NCBI GenBank assembly: GCA_036918135.1
Contig: JBALDB010000015.1
Span: 32,001 to 96,000 of the forward strand
Reading direction: 5' to 3'
DNA length: 64,000 bases
Source of the DNA: Nostoc sp.
Lineage (GTDB): Bacteria; Cyanobacteriota; Cyanobacteriia; Cyanobacteriales; Nostocaceae
Shown: piece after piece, positions 10,131 through 20,056 of the stretch
Position numbering within the stretch: position 1 is the stretch's first letter
Layout: each line of letters opens with the position of its first letter
The notes under the pieces: model-generated
Told to the model about the DNA's origin: nothing
The model's input: only the letters and a program-made list of their open reading frames with translations
Database searches by the model: none
Made by a program: the position numbers and the translations under genes

Positions 10131-11114
10131 TTAATTAAATGAGTTATTTTTTGTTTGGATTTGTTGAATAAAAAATTCTTCTAAAGACTGGCGGGACAAG
10201 TTCATGGCAATAATTTTACCCTCCATCAGACGAAGACTAGCGAGAAAATCATAGTAATCATCTTGTAGTGTACCTTGCCAGGAACCATCAGGCTCAAATA
10301 TGAAAGTGGATAGCCATTTTTTGAGAATTTCCCAGTCACCACCTTGACCTTTAACCTGATATGTGTTGTTTGCACCTAAAAGTTCATTCAGGGAACCAGA
10401 GCAAATTAATTCACCTTGAGCAAGGATCGCAATGCGATCGCAAATCTGTTCTACTTCACTAAGAATGTGGCTATTAAAAAAAATCGTCTTGCCCGCGGCT
10501 TTTAGAGCTAAGATAATTTCCCGCATTTGATAACGTCCCACCGGATCGAGACCAGACATTGGTTCATCCAGAAAAACCAACTCTGGCTCGTTAATTAGCG
10601 CCTGTGCCATGCCAACACGCTGTAACATTCCTTTGGAGTAGCGGCGCAGTAGCTTTTTGCGGGCATCAGCTTGGGATAAACCTACTAGTTCCAGCAGTTG
10701 GGGAATGCGTCGGCGTTGTACATTCTTAGGAATTTGGAATAACCCAGCTGCTAACTGTAAAAACTCCCAGCCAGTGAGATAATCATACAAATAAGGATTT
10801 TCTGGTAAGTAGCCAATATGTTGCTTAACATTGCGATCGCCAAGTGGCTTACCTAACAATAATCCCCGTCCACCAGTCGGACGAATAATCCCCAATAAAA
10901 GTTTTAAAAGGGTAGTTTTACCAGCACCATTTGGCCCTAGCAACCCAAAGGTTTCACCTTTGTAAACTTTTAAAGAACAGCTTTTAAGAGATACGACTTT
11001 TTGATTTAGCCAAAAACCAGTACGATACACTTTTCCCAACTCAGAAGTTAGGACTACTGGCGGCGTGTTTGTCATATTCAGTTGAGAATCAGGGTCATCT
11101 GCAACAGACTTCAT
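10131..11114 (-). CDS. ABC transporter ATP-binding protein
   Basis: GPNGAGKTT, YSKGMLQR, FLDEPMSGLD. Confidence 0.92.
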   Translation of the reverse strand: MKSVADDPDSQLNMTNTPPVVLTSELGKVYRTGFWLNQKVVSLKSCSLKVYKGETFGLLGPNGAGKTTLLKLLLGIIRPTGGRGLLLGKPLGDRNVKQHIGYLPENPYLYDYLTGWEFLQLAAGLFQIPKNVQRRRIPQLLELVGLSQADARKKLLRRYSKGMLQRVGMAQALINEPELVFLDEPMSGLDPVGRYQMREIILALKAAGKTIFFNSHILSEVEQICDRIAILAQGELICSGSLNELLGANNTYQVKGQGGDWEILKKWLSTFIFEPDGSWQGTLQDDYYDFLASLRLMEGKIIAMNLSRQSLEEFFIQQIQTKNNSFN

Positions 11115-11357
11115 CTCGGTTCAATCACCAATTAGCAGCTTGATATTAATTACAAGTTACCCGCTAAGCTGATAATAATCACTACCTAGTTTGACAATTA
11201 TCGCAAACTGGGGACTGGGAACTAGGGAGATGTCACAGATGAGGGAGTAGGGGGATTGCGGGAGTGTAGGAAAATTAAAAAAAGCTTCCTATCCTTCTCA
11301 CACTCCCTCTTTGACCCATCCCTCATAGCCAATGCCTTATAGCGCATTTGACTGCTT

Positions 11358-11993
11358 TCATAGAACGCCTTTAGAACTGGGAATTAGACCAGCACGACGA
11401 GGGTCGATTTCCACTGCTAGGCGTGTTGCCCTCGCAAAAGCTTTAAATGTCGCCTCAATAATATGATGGGAATTAATGCCATCGAGTTGCCGAATGTGTA
11501 GTGTCATTTGGCTATGATTCACCAATGCCACAAAGAATTCGCGTACTAGTTGGGTGTCATAAGTCCCTACGCGCTGAGTAGGAATTTGTAAACCGTAGCT
11601 CAGATGAGGGCGACCAGAAAAATCCAGCGCTACCTGAACTAAAGCTTCATCTAATGGGGCAAGGAAATTACCAAAGCGGACAATGCCTTTTTTGTCACCT
11701 AATGCTTGATTGAGAGCTTGTCCTAAGGTAATGCCTACATCTTCGTTGGTGTGGTGGTCATCAATTTCCCAGTCTCCCCTAGCTTGGATATCTAAATCAA
11801 TCAACCCGTGGGAAGCTATTTGATGCAACATATGATCCAAGAACGGAATACCTGTTGCTGCTGTGCATTTTCCTGTGCCATCAAGGTTGATGGTGATTTG
11901 GACATCAGTTTCTCCTGTGGTGCGATGAACAGTGGCAATCCGAGGGGTTTTAGTTAACTGGTCGTAGTTTGAATTAACTTTGGTAATTTGCAT
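11358..11993 (-). CDS. hisB: Imidazoleglycerol-phosphate dehydratase
   Basis: [11 protein letters not shown] and [12 protein letters not shown] motifs. Confidence 0.97.
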   Translation of the reverse strand: MQITKVNSNYDQLTKTPRIATVHRTTGETDVQITINLDGTGKCTAATGIPFLDHMLHQIASHGLIDLDIQARGDWEIDDHHTNEDVGITLGQALNQALGDKKGIVRFGNFLAPLDEALVQVALDFSGRPHLSYGLQIPTQRVGTYDTQLVREFFVALVNHSQMTLHIRQLDGINSHHIIEATFKAFARATRLAVEIDPRRAGLIPSSKGVL

Positions 11994-11997
11994 AAGG

Positions 11998-12132
11998 ATT
12001 GGGGAATGGGGACTAAGGACTAGGGACTGGGGACTGGGGAAGGTGGGGCCCCCTCTGGGGATAAGGGGTAATGGGGAATAGGGACTGGGGACTGAATTTT
12101 TCTTAGTAGCCAGTACCTAATCCCCAGTCCCT
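11998..12132. repeat. STRR-type heptamer tract (GGGGACT/GGGGAAT) with inverted copies
   Basis: Tandem ggggact/ggggaat units followed by tccccagtccc. Confidence 0.8.
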
Positions 12133-12134
12133 AA

Positions 12135-12911
12135 TTACATTCCCATAATTTCATATCCTGCATCTACATACAGAACTTGTCCGGTAATGCCGCTAGACAA
12201 ATCACTACACAAAAAAGCCGCAGTGTTGCCGACTTCAAGCTGAGTGACTGTACGTCGTAAGGGAGCTACTTGCTCTACATGATGAATCATATCTAAAATG
12301 CCACCCACTGCTGAAGATGCCAAAGTGCGGATGGGACCTGCGGAGATGGCATTAACGCGGATATTTTGGGGCCCTAGTTCAGCGGCCAGGTAACGCACAC
12401 TCATTTCTAACCCCGCTTTGGCAACTCCCATGACGTTATAGTTAGGAATTGCCCTGACACCACCCAAATATGTCAGAGTGACGATACTACCTCCCTGTGT
12501 CATCAATGGTTTAGCTGCACCGCTTAACTGCACCAGCGAGTAAGTACTAATCTCTAAAGCAGTTTTGAAGCCAGAACGAGAAGTTTGGCTAAAATCTCCA
12601 CTCAAATCTTCTTTGTTGGCAAAAGCAAGACAATGAATCAAGATATCTAGCTTTCCCCACTTATCGCGTACTGTCTCAAAGGTAGATTGAATTTGTTCGT
12701 CATTTTGGACATTACAAGGAATAAATAAGCTAGGGTTCAGGGGTTGTACTAATTCGGCAACTTTTGTCTCCATTTTGCCGCGTTCATCGTGCAGGTACGT
12801 AATTCCGAGATTTGCTCCAGCTTTGTGTAGTTGTTGGGCGATGCCCCAGGCGATGGAGCGGTTATTAGCAATACCTGTAACCAGAGCATTTTTTCCAGTC
12901 AGATTCAGCAT
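12135..12911 (-). CDS. fabI: Enoyl-ACP reductase
   Basis: GIANNRSIAWGIA, YNVMGVAK, AGPIRTLAS. Confidence 0.97.
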   Translation of the reverse strand: MLNLTGKNALVTGIANNRSIAWGIAQQLHKAGANLGITYLHDERGKMETKVAELVQPLNPSLFIPCNVQNDEQIQSTFETVRDKWGKLDILIHCLAFANKEDLSGDFSQTSRSGFKTALEISTYSLVQLSGAAKPLMTQGGSIVTLTYLGGVRAIPNYNVMGVAKAGLEMSVRYLAAELGPQNIRVNAISAGPIRTLASSAVGGILDMIHHVEQVAPLRRTVTQLEVGNTAAFLCSDLSSGITGQVLYVDAGYEIMGM

Positions 12912-13148
12912 AGAAATAGCTAATGCGATCGATGATTAGGAGCATACTAGAATCTGAGGCTAGTTTGTCTTTGTTTTACACAGGATTTGTAAAAATGAAT
13001 TATCGATCGGGATGTTTGTCATCACAAAATTCTTGATTTTTTCTAAAGATATTCTCAAGTTATCTTTATTTGTTCTTAAAAAAACTTTTTAATACAGCTA
13101 ATTGGAAGCGTTTATCAATAATTTATAACTGAATAGATCGACAATTAT

Positions 13149-13162
13149 GTATCATTATAAAC
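13149..13162 (+). promoter_or_regulatory. Imperfect NtcA-binding site (GTA-N8-AAC)
   Basis: GTAtcattataAAC, 40 bp upstream of the perfect site; matches the known ntcA autoregulatory layout. Confidence 0.7.
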
Positions 13163-13188
13163 AAAGAGTTAGGAAGCAATTAGTTGGA

Positions 13189-13202
13189 GTATAGGAAAGT
13201 AC
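13189..13202 (+). promoter_or_regulatory. NtcA-binding site (GTA-N8-TAC)
   Basis: GTAtaggaaagTAC about 90 bp upstream of the ntcA ATG. Confidence 0.85.
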
Positions 13203-13290
13203 AGAAAGATTGACGGTGCTTTATTGAATTTTCAGGTGTATTCTTAGGTAATCAGTTTTTGTTTTTCCGGCATTGGGTAGGGGAAGGGAG

Positions 13291-13962
13291 ATGATCGTGG
13301 CACAAGATAAAGCCCTAGCAAATGTTTTTCGTCAGATGGCGACCGGGGCGTTTCCACCAGTTGTGGAAACGTTTGAACGCAATAAAACGATCTTTTTTCC
13401 TGGCGATCCTGCCGAACGAGTTTATTTTCTTTTAAAAGGTGCTGTTAAACTTTCCAGGGTGTACGAGGCAGGAGAGGAAATAACGGTAGCACTGCTGCGA
13501 GAAAATAGTGTTTTTGGTGTATTGTCATTGCTGACAGGAAATAAATCGGATAGGTTTTACCATGCAGTTGCATTTACGCCTGTAGAATTACTGTCGGCAC
13601 CAATCGAACAAGTCGAGCAAGCACTAAAGGAAAATCCAGAATTATCAATGTTAATGTTGCGGGGTCTGTCTTCGCGAATTTTACAGACAGAGATGATGAT
13701 TGAAACTCTTGCTCACCGAGATATGGGTTCCAGGTTGGTGAGTTTTTTATTAATTCTTTGTCGTGATTTTGGAGTTCCCTGTGCAGATGGGATCACAATT
13801 GATTTGAAATTGTCTCATCAAGCGATCGCTGAGGCAATTGGTTCGACTCGTGTTACAGTTACTAGGCTACTAGGTGATTTGCGTGAAAAAAAGATGATTT
13901 CTATTCACAAGAAGAAGATTACTGTGCATAAACCCGTTACTTTAAGTCGGCAGTTCACATAA
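13291..13962 (+). CDS. ntcA: Global nitrogen regulator NtcA (CRP family)
   Basis: [14 protein letters not shown]...[22 protein letters not shown]; divergent from fabI; ATG follows GGGAG. Confidence 0.98.
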   Translation: MIVAQDKALANVFRQMATGAFPPVVETFERNKTIFFPGDPAERVYFLLKGAVKLSRVYEAGEEITVALLRENSVFGVLSLLTGNKSDRFYHAVAFTPVELLSAPIEQVEQALKENPELSMLMLRGLSSRILQTEMMIETLAHRDMGSRLVSFLLILCRDFGVPCADGITIDLKLSHQAIAEAIGSTRVTVTRLLGDLREKKMISIHKKKITVHKPVTLSRQFT

Positions 13963-14130
13963 AAACAATTGGAGTTAGCGGAGTCGGCGCGTGTTGTGTT
14001 TTTCAAGGTCGCATTAATAGCTAAAGGAAAATCTAAAATTGAGTAATTTCAGCTATTGCCAACCTCCACTTCTCCACAGACAATGGTTAAAAGTAGTAGG
14101 CTGTATCTGGAAGGATTTCGGTAGCTAAAC

Positions 14131-15621
14131 ATGACCACCGGATACATCCTCATCGCAGCAATTTTAATTTTGGGAGGCGTAATTGCAACCGTGGGCGATC
14201 GCATCGGCACGCGAGTTGGCAAAGCGCGCCTCTCACTCTTTAACCTCCGTCCCAAAAATACCGCTGTACTAGTAACTATCTTTACTGGTGGTCTGATTTC
14301 AGCATCAACCTTAGGGATTTTATTCACTGCCGATGATAAATTACGGCAGGGAGTCTTTGAGTTAGAAGATATTCAAACAGACCTTAGGCAAAAGCGGGAA
14401 CAGCTAAAAACCGCAGAAACCCAGAAAAGTCAGGTAGAAAGTGAGCTAAATCAAGCAAGAATTGCCCAAGCAAAGGCACAACAAGACTTGCAAGCAATTA
14501 ATCAATCTTTGCAGGCAGCGAATGCCAAGCAAAGGGAAACCCAGGCGCAGCTCAACCGCACCATTAGCCAACAAGCTCAAACTCAAACTCAACTTCAACG
14601 CACTCAAGGGCAACTAGATCGAGTTGTCAGTCAGTACCAAAAAGCCATAGCAGAACTGCAAAGCGTTTACAATCAGAGAAAGGAACTACAGGCAGCAGTT
14701 GAACTACTAAAGACAGAACGTCAGCGACTGTATGCTGAGGCCAAAAAAGCGATTGATGAAGCCAAAACAGCTATACAAAAACGCGATCGCGAACTTGCTA
14801 ACCGCCAAGAAGCCATAGAACAGCGCGATCGCAAAATAGCCCAACTCGATCAATTGATTCAAAAGCGTAATCTAGAAATTACAGTTCGAGAACAAGTGAT
14901 TGCTAAACGGGAATCTCGCCTCAAAGAATTGGAAGGACAACAGGAGCAACTAGAACAAGAAGTTGCAAGGTTAGAAAAATATTATCAGTCTTACCAAGAC
15001 CTGCGTTTGGGTAAACTGGCCTTGGTTCGCGGTCAAGTTTTAGCTGCTGGTGTAGTTCGGGTTACCCAACCTGCTGCGGCTCGTGAGGCGGTGGTACAAC
15101 TTTTACAACAAGCTAATCGCAATGCAAATCTAGAATTAAGTGAACCTGGGACAAATTCTGCAAATGTAGAGCTTGTGCGCGTGACTCAAGAGAGAGTTGA
15201 GCAATTGAGCAAGCAAATTGAGGATGGTAGAGACTACGTAGTGCGAATTTTCTCGGCAGGTAATTACGTTAGAGGAGAAAAGCAAATAGAATTTTTTACC
15301 GATATAGCTCGCAATGAACTAGTTTTTTCTGGAGGGACTCAGCTAGCCACAACTACTGCTGACCCCAGAACCATGACATCCTATCAGTTACAGCAGCGAT
15401 TGGAACTACTGATTTCTGCTTCCCAATTTCGGGCGCGTAACGCTGGAATTGTCGAAAATGTGCAAGTAGATGGCACTTTTCTGCGTTTTGTCACCCAATT
15501 AAGGCAGTACAATCAAGCATTGGAAATTAAAGCGATCGCCGCAGAGGACACTTATACAGCTGGGCCTTTGAGAGTGAAATTAGTTGCAGTAGCCAACGGA
15601 CAAATTATTTTTAGTACTTAA
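14131..15621 (+). CDS. DUF3084 membrane-anchored coiled-coil protein
   Basis: GDRIGTRVGKARLSLFNLRPKNTA N-terminus, long coiled coil, position downstream of ntcA. Confidence 0.85.
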   Translation: MTTGYILIAAILILGGVIATVGDRIGTRVGKARLSLFNLRPKNTAVLVTIFTGGLISASTLGILFTADDKLRQGVFELEDIQTDLRQKREQLKTAETQKSQVESELNQARIAQAKAQQDLQAINQSLQAANAKQRETQAQLNRTISQQAQTQTQLQRTQGQLDRVVSQYQKAIAELQSVYNQRKELQAAVELLKTERQRLYAEAKKAIDEAKTAIQKRDRELANRQEAIEQRDRKIAQLDQLIQKRNLEITVREQVIAKRESRLKELEGQQEQLEQEVARLEKYYQSYQDLRLGKLALVRGQVLAAGVVRVTQPAAAREAVVQLLQQANRNANLELSEPGTNSANVELVRVTQERVEQLSKQIEDGRDYVVRIFSAGNYVRGEKQIEFFTDIARNELVFSGGTQLATTTADPRTMTSYQLQQRLELLISASQFRARNAGIVENVQVDGTFLRFVTQLRQYNQALEIKAIAAEDTYTAGPLRVKLVAVANGQIIFST

Positions 15622-15846
15622 AAAAGAATTCACAAGTACAGAATTCAGGAGTTAGAAGTCAGAATACAATTAGTGGGAGATTCAGCAAAAAGTCACCAGT
15701 AGCAGCTACCCCTTCTGGTTCTCCGTTCGTGTAGCATCTGGTAAAGTTGGAGTACTGCTATAGACGCACTGCTTCACCAGTCGCACAGAATTCCCTGAAT
15801 TCTAGCCCCTGAGTTCTGAATTTTTTCTTGTTATTTTAAATTACTT

Positions 15847-16299
15847 ATGACTTTCCGTGAATTTTTACCCACACAACCAGCGATTTTGGGTTTCGATCCA
15901 GGTCGAGATAAGTGTGGTTTAGCGGTGATGGGGCTGGATAGGCAACTACATTATCATCAGGTTGTGCTGGCAAAAGAGGCGATAGTTACCATTGAGACAC
16001 TATGTCAGAGATTTCCTATTTCCTTGATGGTGATGGGCAACCAAACTACAGCCAATCAGTGGAAACAGCAAATATCTCAAGAATTACCAGAACCGCTGAA
16101 TATCATTTTAGTAGATGAGCGTTACACAAGCTTAGAAGCACGCGATCGCTATTGGCAAATGTATCCACCCAAAGGGTTAATAAAACTATTGCCACAGGGA
16201 ATGCGACAGCCTCCAAGACCGATAGATGACATTGTTGCCATTTTGTTAATCGAAAGATACTTAAATCGCCTGACTGAATCAGCCAATTTGAGATTTTAA
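15847..16299 (+). CDS. YqgF/RuvX-family pre-16S rRNA nuclease
   Basis: LGFDPGRDKCGLA, VDERYTS, IDDIVAILL. Confidence 0.88.
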   Translation: MTFREFLPTQPAILGFDPGRDKCGLAVMGLDRQLHYHQVVLAKEAIVTIETLCQRFPISLMVMGNQTTANQWKQQISQELPEPLNIILVDERYTSLEARDRYWQMYPPKGLIKLLPQGMRQPPRPIDDIVAILLIERYLNRLTESANLRF

Positions 16300-16620
16300 A
16301 TTTTGGATTCAAGGATAAATTTCAAATCTAAATCTAAAATCTAACAATTTTGAATTAAATCTAAAATCGTCTTGGAAAGTGACGCTCCTGTGTTACAAAG
16401 TTCCAATCCGATAGCGCAGTTAAGCCGAGTCTTGTCTGCGACACGCTCTTGTGTTCCAGTGTCGGAAGCCTCTGTTACCTACTCTCAAGGAGTACGGCTG
16501 GTGATTTTGCGTTGCGTCGAACAGAGCTGCGCTAACAGATGTCTGACGACAAGCCGACCCAGCGTCTGTGTTAAAAGCTGACGCTGGTGACTTTATGCAA
16601 AATCTAAAATCCAAAATTTA
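16300..16620. repeat. Composite of AAATCTA heptamers enclosing nested small dispersed repeats
   Basis: aaatctaaaatc on both sides of a GC-richer core of about 230 bp with recurring gtctg(a)cgaca units. Confidence 0.6.
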
Positions 16621-16634
16621 ATGGCTGCTAACTC

Positions 16635-16898
16635 TTAGAATTCTGCCCGAATAGTAAAGGCATAGTCTCCTCCAGGCTCTAACTGATAATCTTGTTTCTC
16701 TAAAAATCGACCGAGGGGTTCTTTAATTAAAGCGCGACCTTGGGAGGGCTTGACGGCAAGTTCTCCCCTACGAAAATGCCACTGGAAATGCCACTCAAAC
16801 TCACCTGCACTCACTTCACCCTCAAGGAAGCCGTGTTGCCAGGATTGGCGGGTAATTTTGACATGGGCAATGGTTTCTGGCAAACGTTTGGCACTCAC
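16635..16898 (-). CDS. DUF3146 family protein
   Basis: LPETIAHVKITRQSW...YQLEPGGDYAFTIRA conserved cyanobacterial small protein. Confidence 0.85.
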   Translation of the reverse strand: MSAKRLPETIAHVKITRQSWQHGFLEGEVSAGEFEWHFQWHFRRGELAVKPSQGRALIKEPLGRFLEKQDYQLEPGGDYAFTIRAEF

Positions 16899-17080
16899 AA
16901 TGCTTTATGTCAAGTGTAGAATAACAGCCAATTATGTCGGCTATTTATTTTATTTACCAAACATAGCTGAAATAGACAAACTGACAAAATAGGTATTTGT
17001 AATTAAGGGAGTAGTGTTAATCAGCCACAAGACTGAGGATAAGGAAGTTACAGCTATTAATCCAGGCGGATTTAATAACC

Positions 17081-17248
17081 TAAAGGAACTCCAAGAAATA
17101 AAAACAATCACTTGAAGTTGGTGACTGATGAGAGGTAGTTGCTACCCTGCGAGTTCCGCGTTAGCGGTACTTAGCTGAGCGCAAGGGCGTACTGGCTCCT
17201 GTTAACTGTTGGATACGAGCAGGGGGATATTTTTTTATTAGTCCCTAA
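17081..17248. mobile_element. MITE-like element
   Basis: Ends taaaggaactccaagaaataaaa / ttttttattagtccctaa, similar to ends at 5171 and 22695. Confidence 0.5.
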
Positions 17249-17450
17249 GTGGTTGATGTTTAGCTGTAATTTAATACGGGTTTCGTCTACAATTTTCATC
17301 GGTGGATGTGTATAGAATAGTTAACTCTTTAGTAGAGTATTCCCTCGTAGTCGCCCATATACTTATCCTAAGTCTAAGTACTAAGGAAGATTTCTAATGA
17401 ATCGCTACAAAATCAGTGATTAGCTGATTCATAATTGGGGGCAGAAAGCT

Positions 17451-18329
17451 ATGACTAAAAGCATGGAAACCAAACAGCTAGGAAAAACTGGTATCTTTGT
17501 GAGTGCGATCGGTTTGGGTGGTATGCCAATGTCAATCTCTAATCGCCCTCCCGAATCAGAATCAATTCAAGTGATTCATCGTGCTTTAGATGTGGGTATT
17601 ACTTTTATTGACACTGCCGACTCTTACTGCAAAGATGAGTCAGATAAGCATCACAACGAGCGGCTAATTCACAAGGCACTTGCTAGTTACGAAGGCGATA
17701 TCAGCCAAGTGATTGTCGCAACCAAAGGTGGTTTAATGCGTCCCAATGGTAACTGGACACGCAATGGTAACCCAGAACACTTGCGTCAAACGATTAGAGT
17801 CAGCTTTGAAGCTTTGGGTGGCGCTAAACCTATTGATGTCTGGCAGTACCATGCCCCGGATAATAATTACACCATTGAAGAATCACTTACAGCAGTCAAA
17901 GAAGCAGTAGAAGCAGGTTTGATTCGGTTTGTAGGAGTTTCTAACTTCTCGGTTGAACAAATTAAGCGGGCGCAGGATGTAGTAGATATTATCTCAGTAC
18001 AGAATCAATACAGCCCTTGGGAACGACAGCCAGAAATTAACGGCGTATTGGAGTATTGCGAACAGCAAGAATTAACCTTTTTACCTTGGAGTCCCTTTGG
18101 TGGTAAGCGTCGCCATCAGGACTTAGAAGATATCCCAGCGATCGCTCAGTTGGCTAAAGAAAAAGGCCTGTCAGTGTATAATATCGTTCTGGCGTGGTTG
18201 CGCTCAAAGTCGCCTGCTATTTTGCCTATTCCTGGTGCTAGTAAAATTTCCAGCATTGAAAACTCAGCAAAAGCTATCAATGTAAAACTATCTGATGAAG
18301 AAGTGCAAAAAATTGATCGGGCAACTTAA
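17451..18329 (+). CDS. Aldo/keto reductase
   Basis: IGLGGM, FIDTADSY, VATKGG, GVSNFS, PIPGAS. Confidence 0.93.
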   Translation: MTKSMETKQLGKTGIFVSAIGLGGMPMSISNRPPESESIQVIHRALDVGITFIDTADSYCKDESDKHHNERLIHKALASYEGDISQVIVATKGGLMRPNGNWTRNGNPEHLRQTIRVSFEALGGAKPIDVWQYHAPDNNYTIEESLTAVKEAVEAGLIRFVGVSNFSVEQIKRAQDVVDIISVQNQYSPWERQPEINGVLEYCEQQELTFLPWSPFGGKRRHQDLEDIPAIAQLAKEKGLSVYNIVLAWLRSKSPAILPIPGASKISSIENSAKAINVKLSDEEVQKIDRAT

Positions 18330-18368
18330 TCAATATTCCAAATAAATACACTTGGGAAATGCTTTATT

Positions 18369-18399
18369 AACCTGGTTTATTAAAAAAACCGGGTTTTTT
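18369..18399 (+). terminator. Putative intrinsic terminator
   Basis: aacctggttt...aaaccgggtt followed by a T-run. Confidence 0.5.
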
Positions 18400-18467
18400 A
18401 GCAAGCAGACTAGCCATTAAATTAAACTTGGCATGGTGCTATCATCCCAGTAATTAAACTAAAATTT

Positions 18468-19295
18468 ATGCAGCTAATTTCTATAACCAATAGATTAAAG
18501 CACATGGTGAAAGTATTTCTACTACTTTCCCTCTTTTACTGCCAAAATCCAGTAGAGGCACAACCACAGGAAAATACCAAGCTTCTACCATTTTTTGATA
18601 ATGTAGATAACCCAGTTACTGTTCGTTTTCCTCCAGGACAAAAGGTCGATATCACACCACCACCACCGCAGCTAAATTCTTTTGACGAAGCTGTATTAAA
18701 AATTTGTGGGACTATTGGTACAAGAGTAAGTGCTAATAATTTTAAACAATTATTATCTTTTTATCCAGATGTTGTACAAAAAGTTCAACAAGCTAGCGGC
18801 GGTGAACTGCGTCCGGGACGGAAGAATAAAGTACAATTTGTCGAAGATTTAACTAATATTTGGTTCAAACGTCACGGTTTTGAACATATATTTTGCGGCG
18901 AAATCTATAATGCTAATGATATTGGTGGTTTACATTTTTATGGCAGATATTTACAGTTACAAAATGAGGGTATAGGAGGACGCTTACCAAATAATCAAGG
19001 GCGAGAGGAAGTTATTCCTGGGATTATTTATACAATGGGTGTAGTGATTAAGCAAAAAAATCGTACAGTCACAGATGTCATTAAAGGCTATGGCTATCTT
19101 AGCAATGCCGAAGAAATACTTTTAGATGCCACCAAAATATTTAAATTCCAAGGAAACAATGAGGGTTCGTGTATTTCTAATATTCGCGATCGCCAAACAG
19201 GTAAATCCTTTCCTACAGTTTTTGTCAGAGAAGAAAAAGCAATTATTACCTATTATCCTGATGCTACTCCTCAAGGTGCAAAATGTAGAAGTTGA
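18468..19295 (+). CDS. EndoU-domain nuclease with probable signal peptide
   Basis: GFEHIFCGE and GGLHFYGRY His motifs, C-terminal ITYYPD; hydrophobic N-terminus ending in VEA-Q. Confidence 0.8.
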   Translation: MQLISITNRLKHMVKVFLLLSLFYCQNPVEAQPQENTKLLPFFDNVDNPVTVRFPPGQKVDITPPPPQLNSFDEAVLKICGTIGTRVSANNFKQLLSFYPDVVQKVQQASGGELRPGRKNKVQFVEDLTNIWFKRHGFEHIFCGEIYNANDIGGLHFYGRYLQLQNEGIGGRLPNNQGREEVIPGIIYTMGVVIKQKNRTVTDVIKGYGYLSNAEEILLDATKIFKFQGNNEGSCISNIRDRQTGKSFPTVFVREEKAIITYYPDATPQGAKCRS

Positions 19296-19392
19296 ACTAG
19301 GGATTGGAAACTGAAGACTATTATAAAGCTTAAGTAATTAACACACTCTTTTAATATCTACAAATAGCCTGTAATAAGCGGATAAAAAAGAA

Positions 19393-19944
19393 ATGAAATT
19401 AGAAACAAACCGCTTGCTAATGCGTGAGTTTGTAGCGGCAGATTGGCAGGCTGTTTTTACCTATCAATCTGACCCTTTATACTTGCTTTATAGTAACTGG
19501 ATACATCGTACACAGAACGATGTCGGGGAGTTTGTCAAGATGTTTATTAATCAACAAAAAGAGCTACCACGAACAAAGTTTCAGTTAGCTATTATTCTCA
19601 AACAAGAAAATCGACTCATTGGTAATTGTGGTATCCGCGTTAATGACCTAGAACTGAGAGAAGCAAACATCGGTTATGAACTAAACCCTGAGTATTGGGG
19701 ACAAGGTTATGCAACAGAAGCAGCAAAGGCCATTTTAAAGTTCGGCTTTGAAGAATTACAAATGCATCGTATTTGGTCTTGGTGTGTTGCAGAAAATATC
19801 GCTTCTTTTAAGGTACTAGAAAAAATTGGTATGCGTCGTGAAGGTCATCTGCAAGAAAAAGAGTTAATTAAAGGTAAATGGTATGACAATTTTCTTTACG
19901 CTATCCTCGATCGCGAATGGAAAACATCGCAGCTGTCTAAGTAA
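19393..19944 (+). CDS. GNAT N-acetyltransferase (RimJ/RimL-like)
   Basis: LETNRLLMR, YWGQGYATEA, NIASFKVLEKIGMRREG. Confidence 0.92.
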   Translation: MKLETNRLLMREFVAADWQAVFTYQSDPLYLLYSNWIHRTQNDVGEFVKMFINQQKELPRTKFQLAIILKQENRLIGNCGIRVNDLELREANIGYELNPEYWGQGYATEAAKAILKFGFEELQMHRIWSWCVAENIASFKVLEKIGMRREGHLQEKELIKGKWYDNFLYAILDREWKTSQLSK

Positions 19945-20054
19945 GTCGGTGCAGCAAAACCAAACTGTGTAAAGAAAAGTAAATAAGACTCAAACTCTTT
20001 CTCCCCCTGCTCCCTGCCCTATCCGAACAATAATTATTTGCGCCGACCTACTTA
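19938..20054. mobile_element. MITE-like element with 15-bp imperfect TIRs
   Basis: TAAGTAAGTCGGTGC ... GCGCCGACCTACTTA (13/15 match), TA at both ends. Confidence 0.7.
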
Positions 20055-20056
20055 TA

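Noticed and set aside
11998..12132. Short tandem repeats as a possible CRISPR array (also 43926-44027, 45612-45725)
   Set aside because: Heptamer STRRs or a simple duplication; no constant repeat with unique spacers and no cas genes
16372..16614. Overlapping 69-aa and 64-aa ORFs on opposite strands
   Set aside because: Both lie within a nested repeat composite
18468..19944. EndoU plus GNAT as a toxin-antitoxin pair
   Set aside because: The nuclease appears exported, the genes are 97 bp apart, and the GNAT looks like an ordinary RimJ/RimL type
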